Assembly: GCF_963921235.1 (NCBI RefSeq)
Contig: NC_086118.1
Location: 22,940,001-23,004,000 of the forward strand
DNA from: Mobula hypostoma
Taxonomy: Eukaryota
Reading direction: 5' to 3'
DNA: 64,000 nt
Part shown: positions 63,895 to 64,000 of the stretch, one piece after another
How the letters are laid out: every line of letters begins with the position of its first letter
Numbering within the stretch: the first letter of the stretch is position 1
The notes under the pieces: model-generated
Told to the model about the DNA's origin: nothing
Seen by the model: the letters and a program-made list of their open reading frames with translations, nothing else
Databases searched by the model: none
Translations under genes and position numbers: made by a program

Positions 63895-64000
63895 CTTACT
63901 TTTAATGGAGCAGTTGAAATAGCTGTATCAATGGAAACAGCAGCCAGAGACACAATTGAGCTGTGGTCAGGAATGAAATTGAGCATGAATAAAATTGCAA

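Larger units (their letters stand above)
60735..64000 (+). mobile_element. Second Gypsy provirus of the same family (5' LTR, PBS, gag), runs off window end
   Basis: LTR 60735-60965, then TGGTGACAAGG, then gag remnant 61227-61657 ('EQIEQYFKANGI','EHLEPKPL'). Resumes after CR1 at ~63879 ('EAQLTF..AVEIAVSMETAARD'). Confidence 0.85.

Overview
This is vertebrate nuclear DNA, most likely from a cartilaginous fish such as a ray or shark. That assignment is an inference from the repeat content: abundant CR1 LINEs, a V-SINE core, a DeuSINE-like core, Penelope-like elements and Rex1/L2-type LINEs. No host protein-coding gene could be recognised, so the window reads as intergenic or deep-intronic. More than half of it is decayed, often nested, mobile elements: CR1 LINEs (one near full length with an esterase-type ORF1), RTE and Rex1/L2-like LINEs, Penelope-like (GIY-YIG) elements, two Gypsy LTR proviruses plus solo LTRs, an internally deleted Tigger, a Tc1 remnant, MITEs and several SINE-like families. 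The most notable signals are RNA structures inside these elements. First, a complete HDV-like ribozyme fold, with an unusual hairpin inserted in L3, begins at the first base of a ~550 bp non-coding retroelement at 29780. Second, minimal hammerhead ribozyme motifs sit in the terminal repeats of the Penelope-like family (best copy 35617-35654), including palindromic head-to-head arrangements. Coordinates of degraded repeat ends are approximate, and family names come from recognised motifs, not from a database search.
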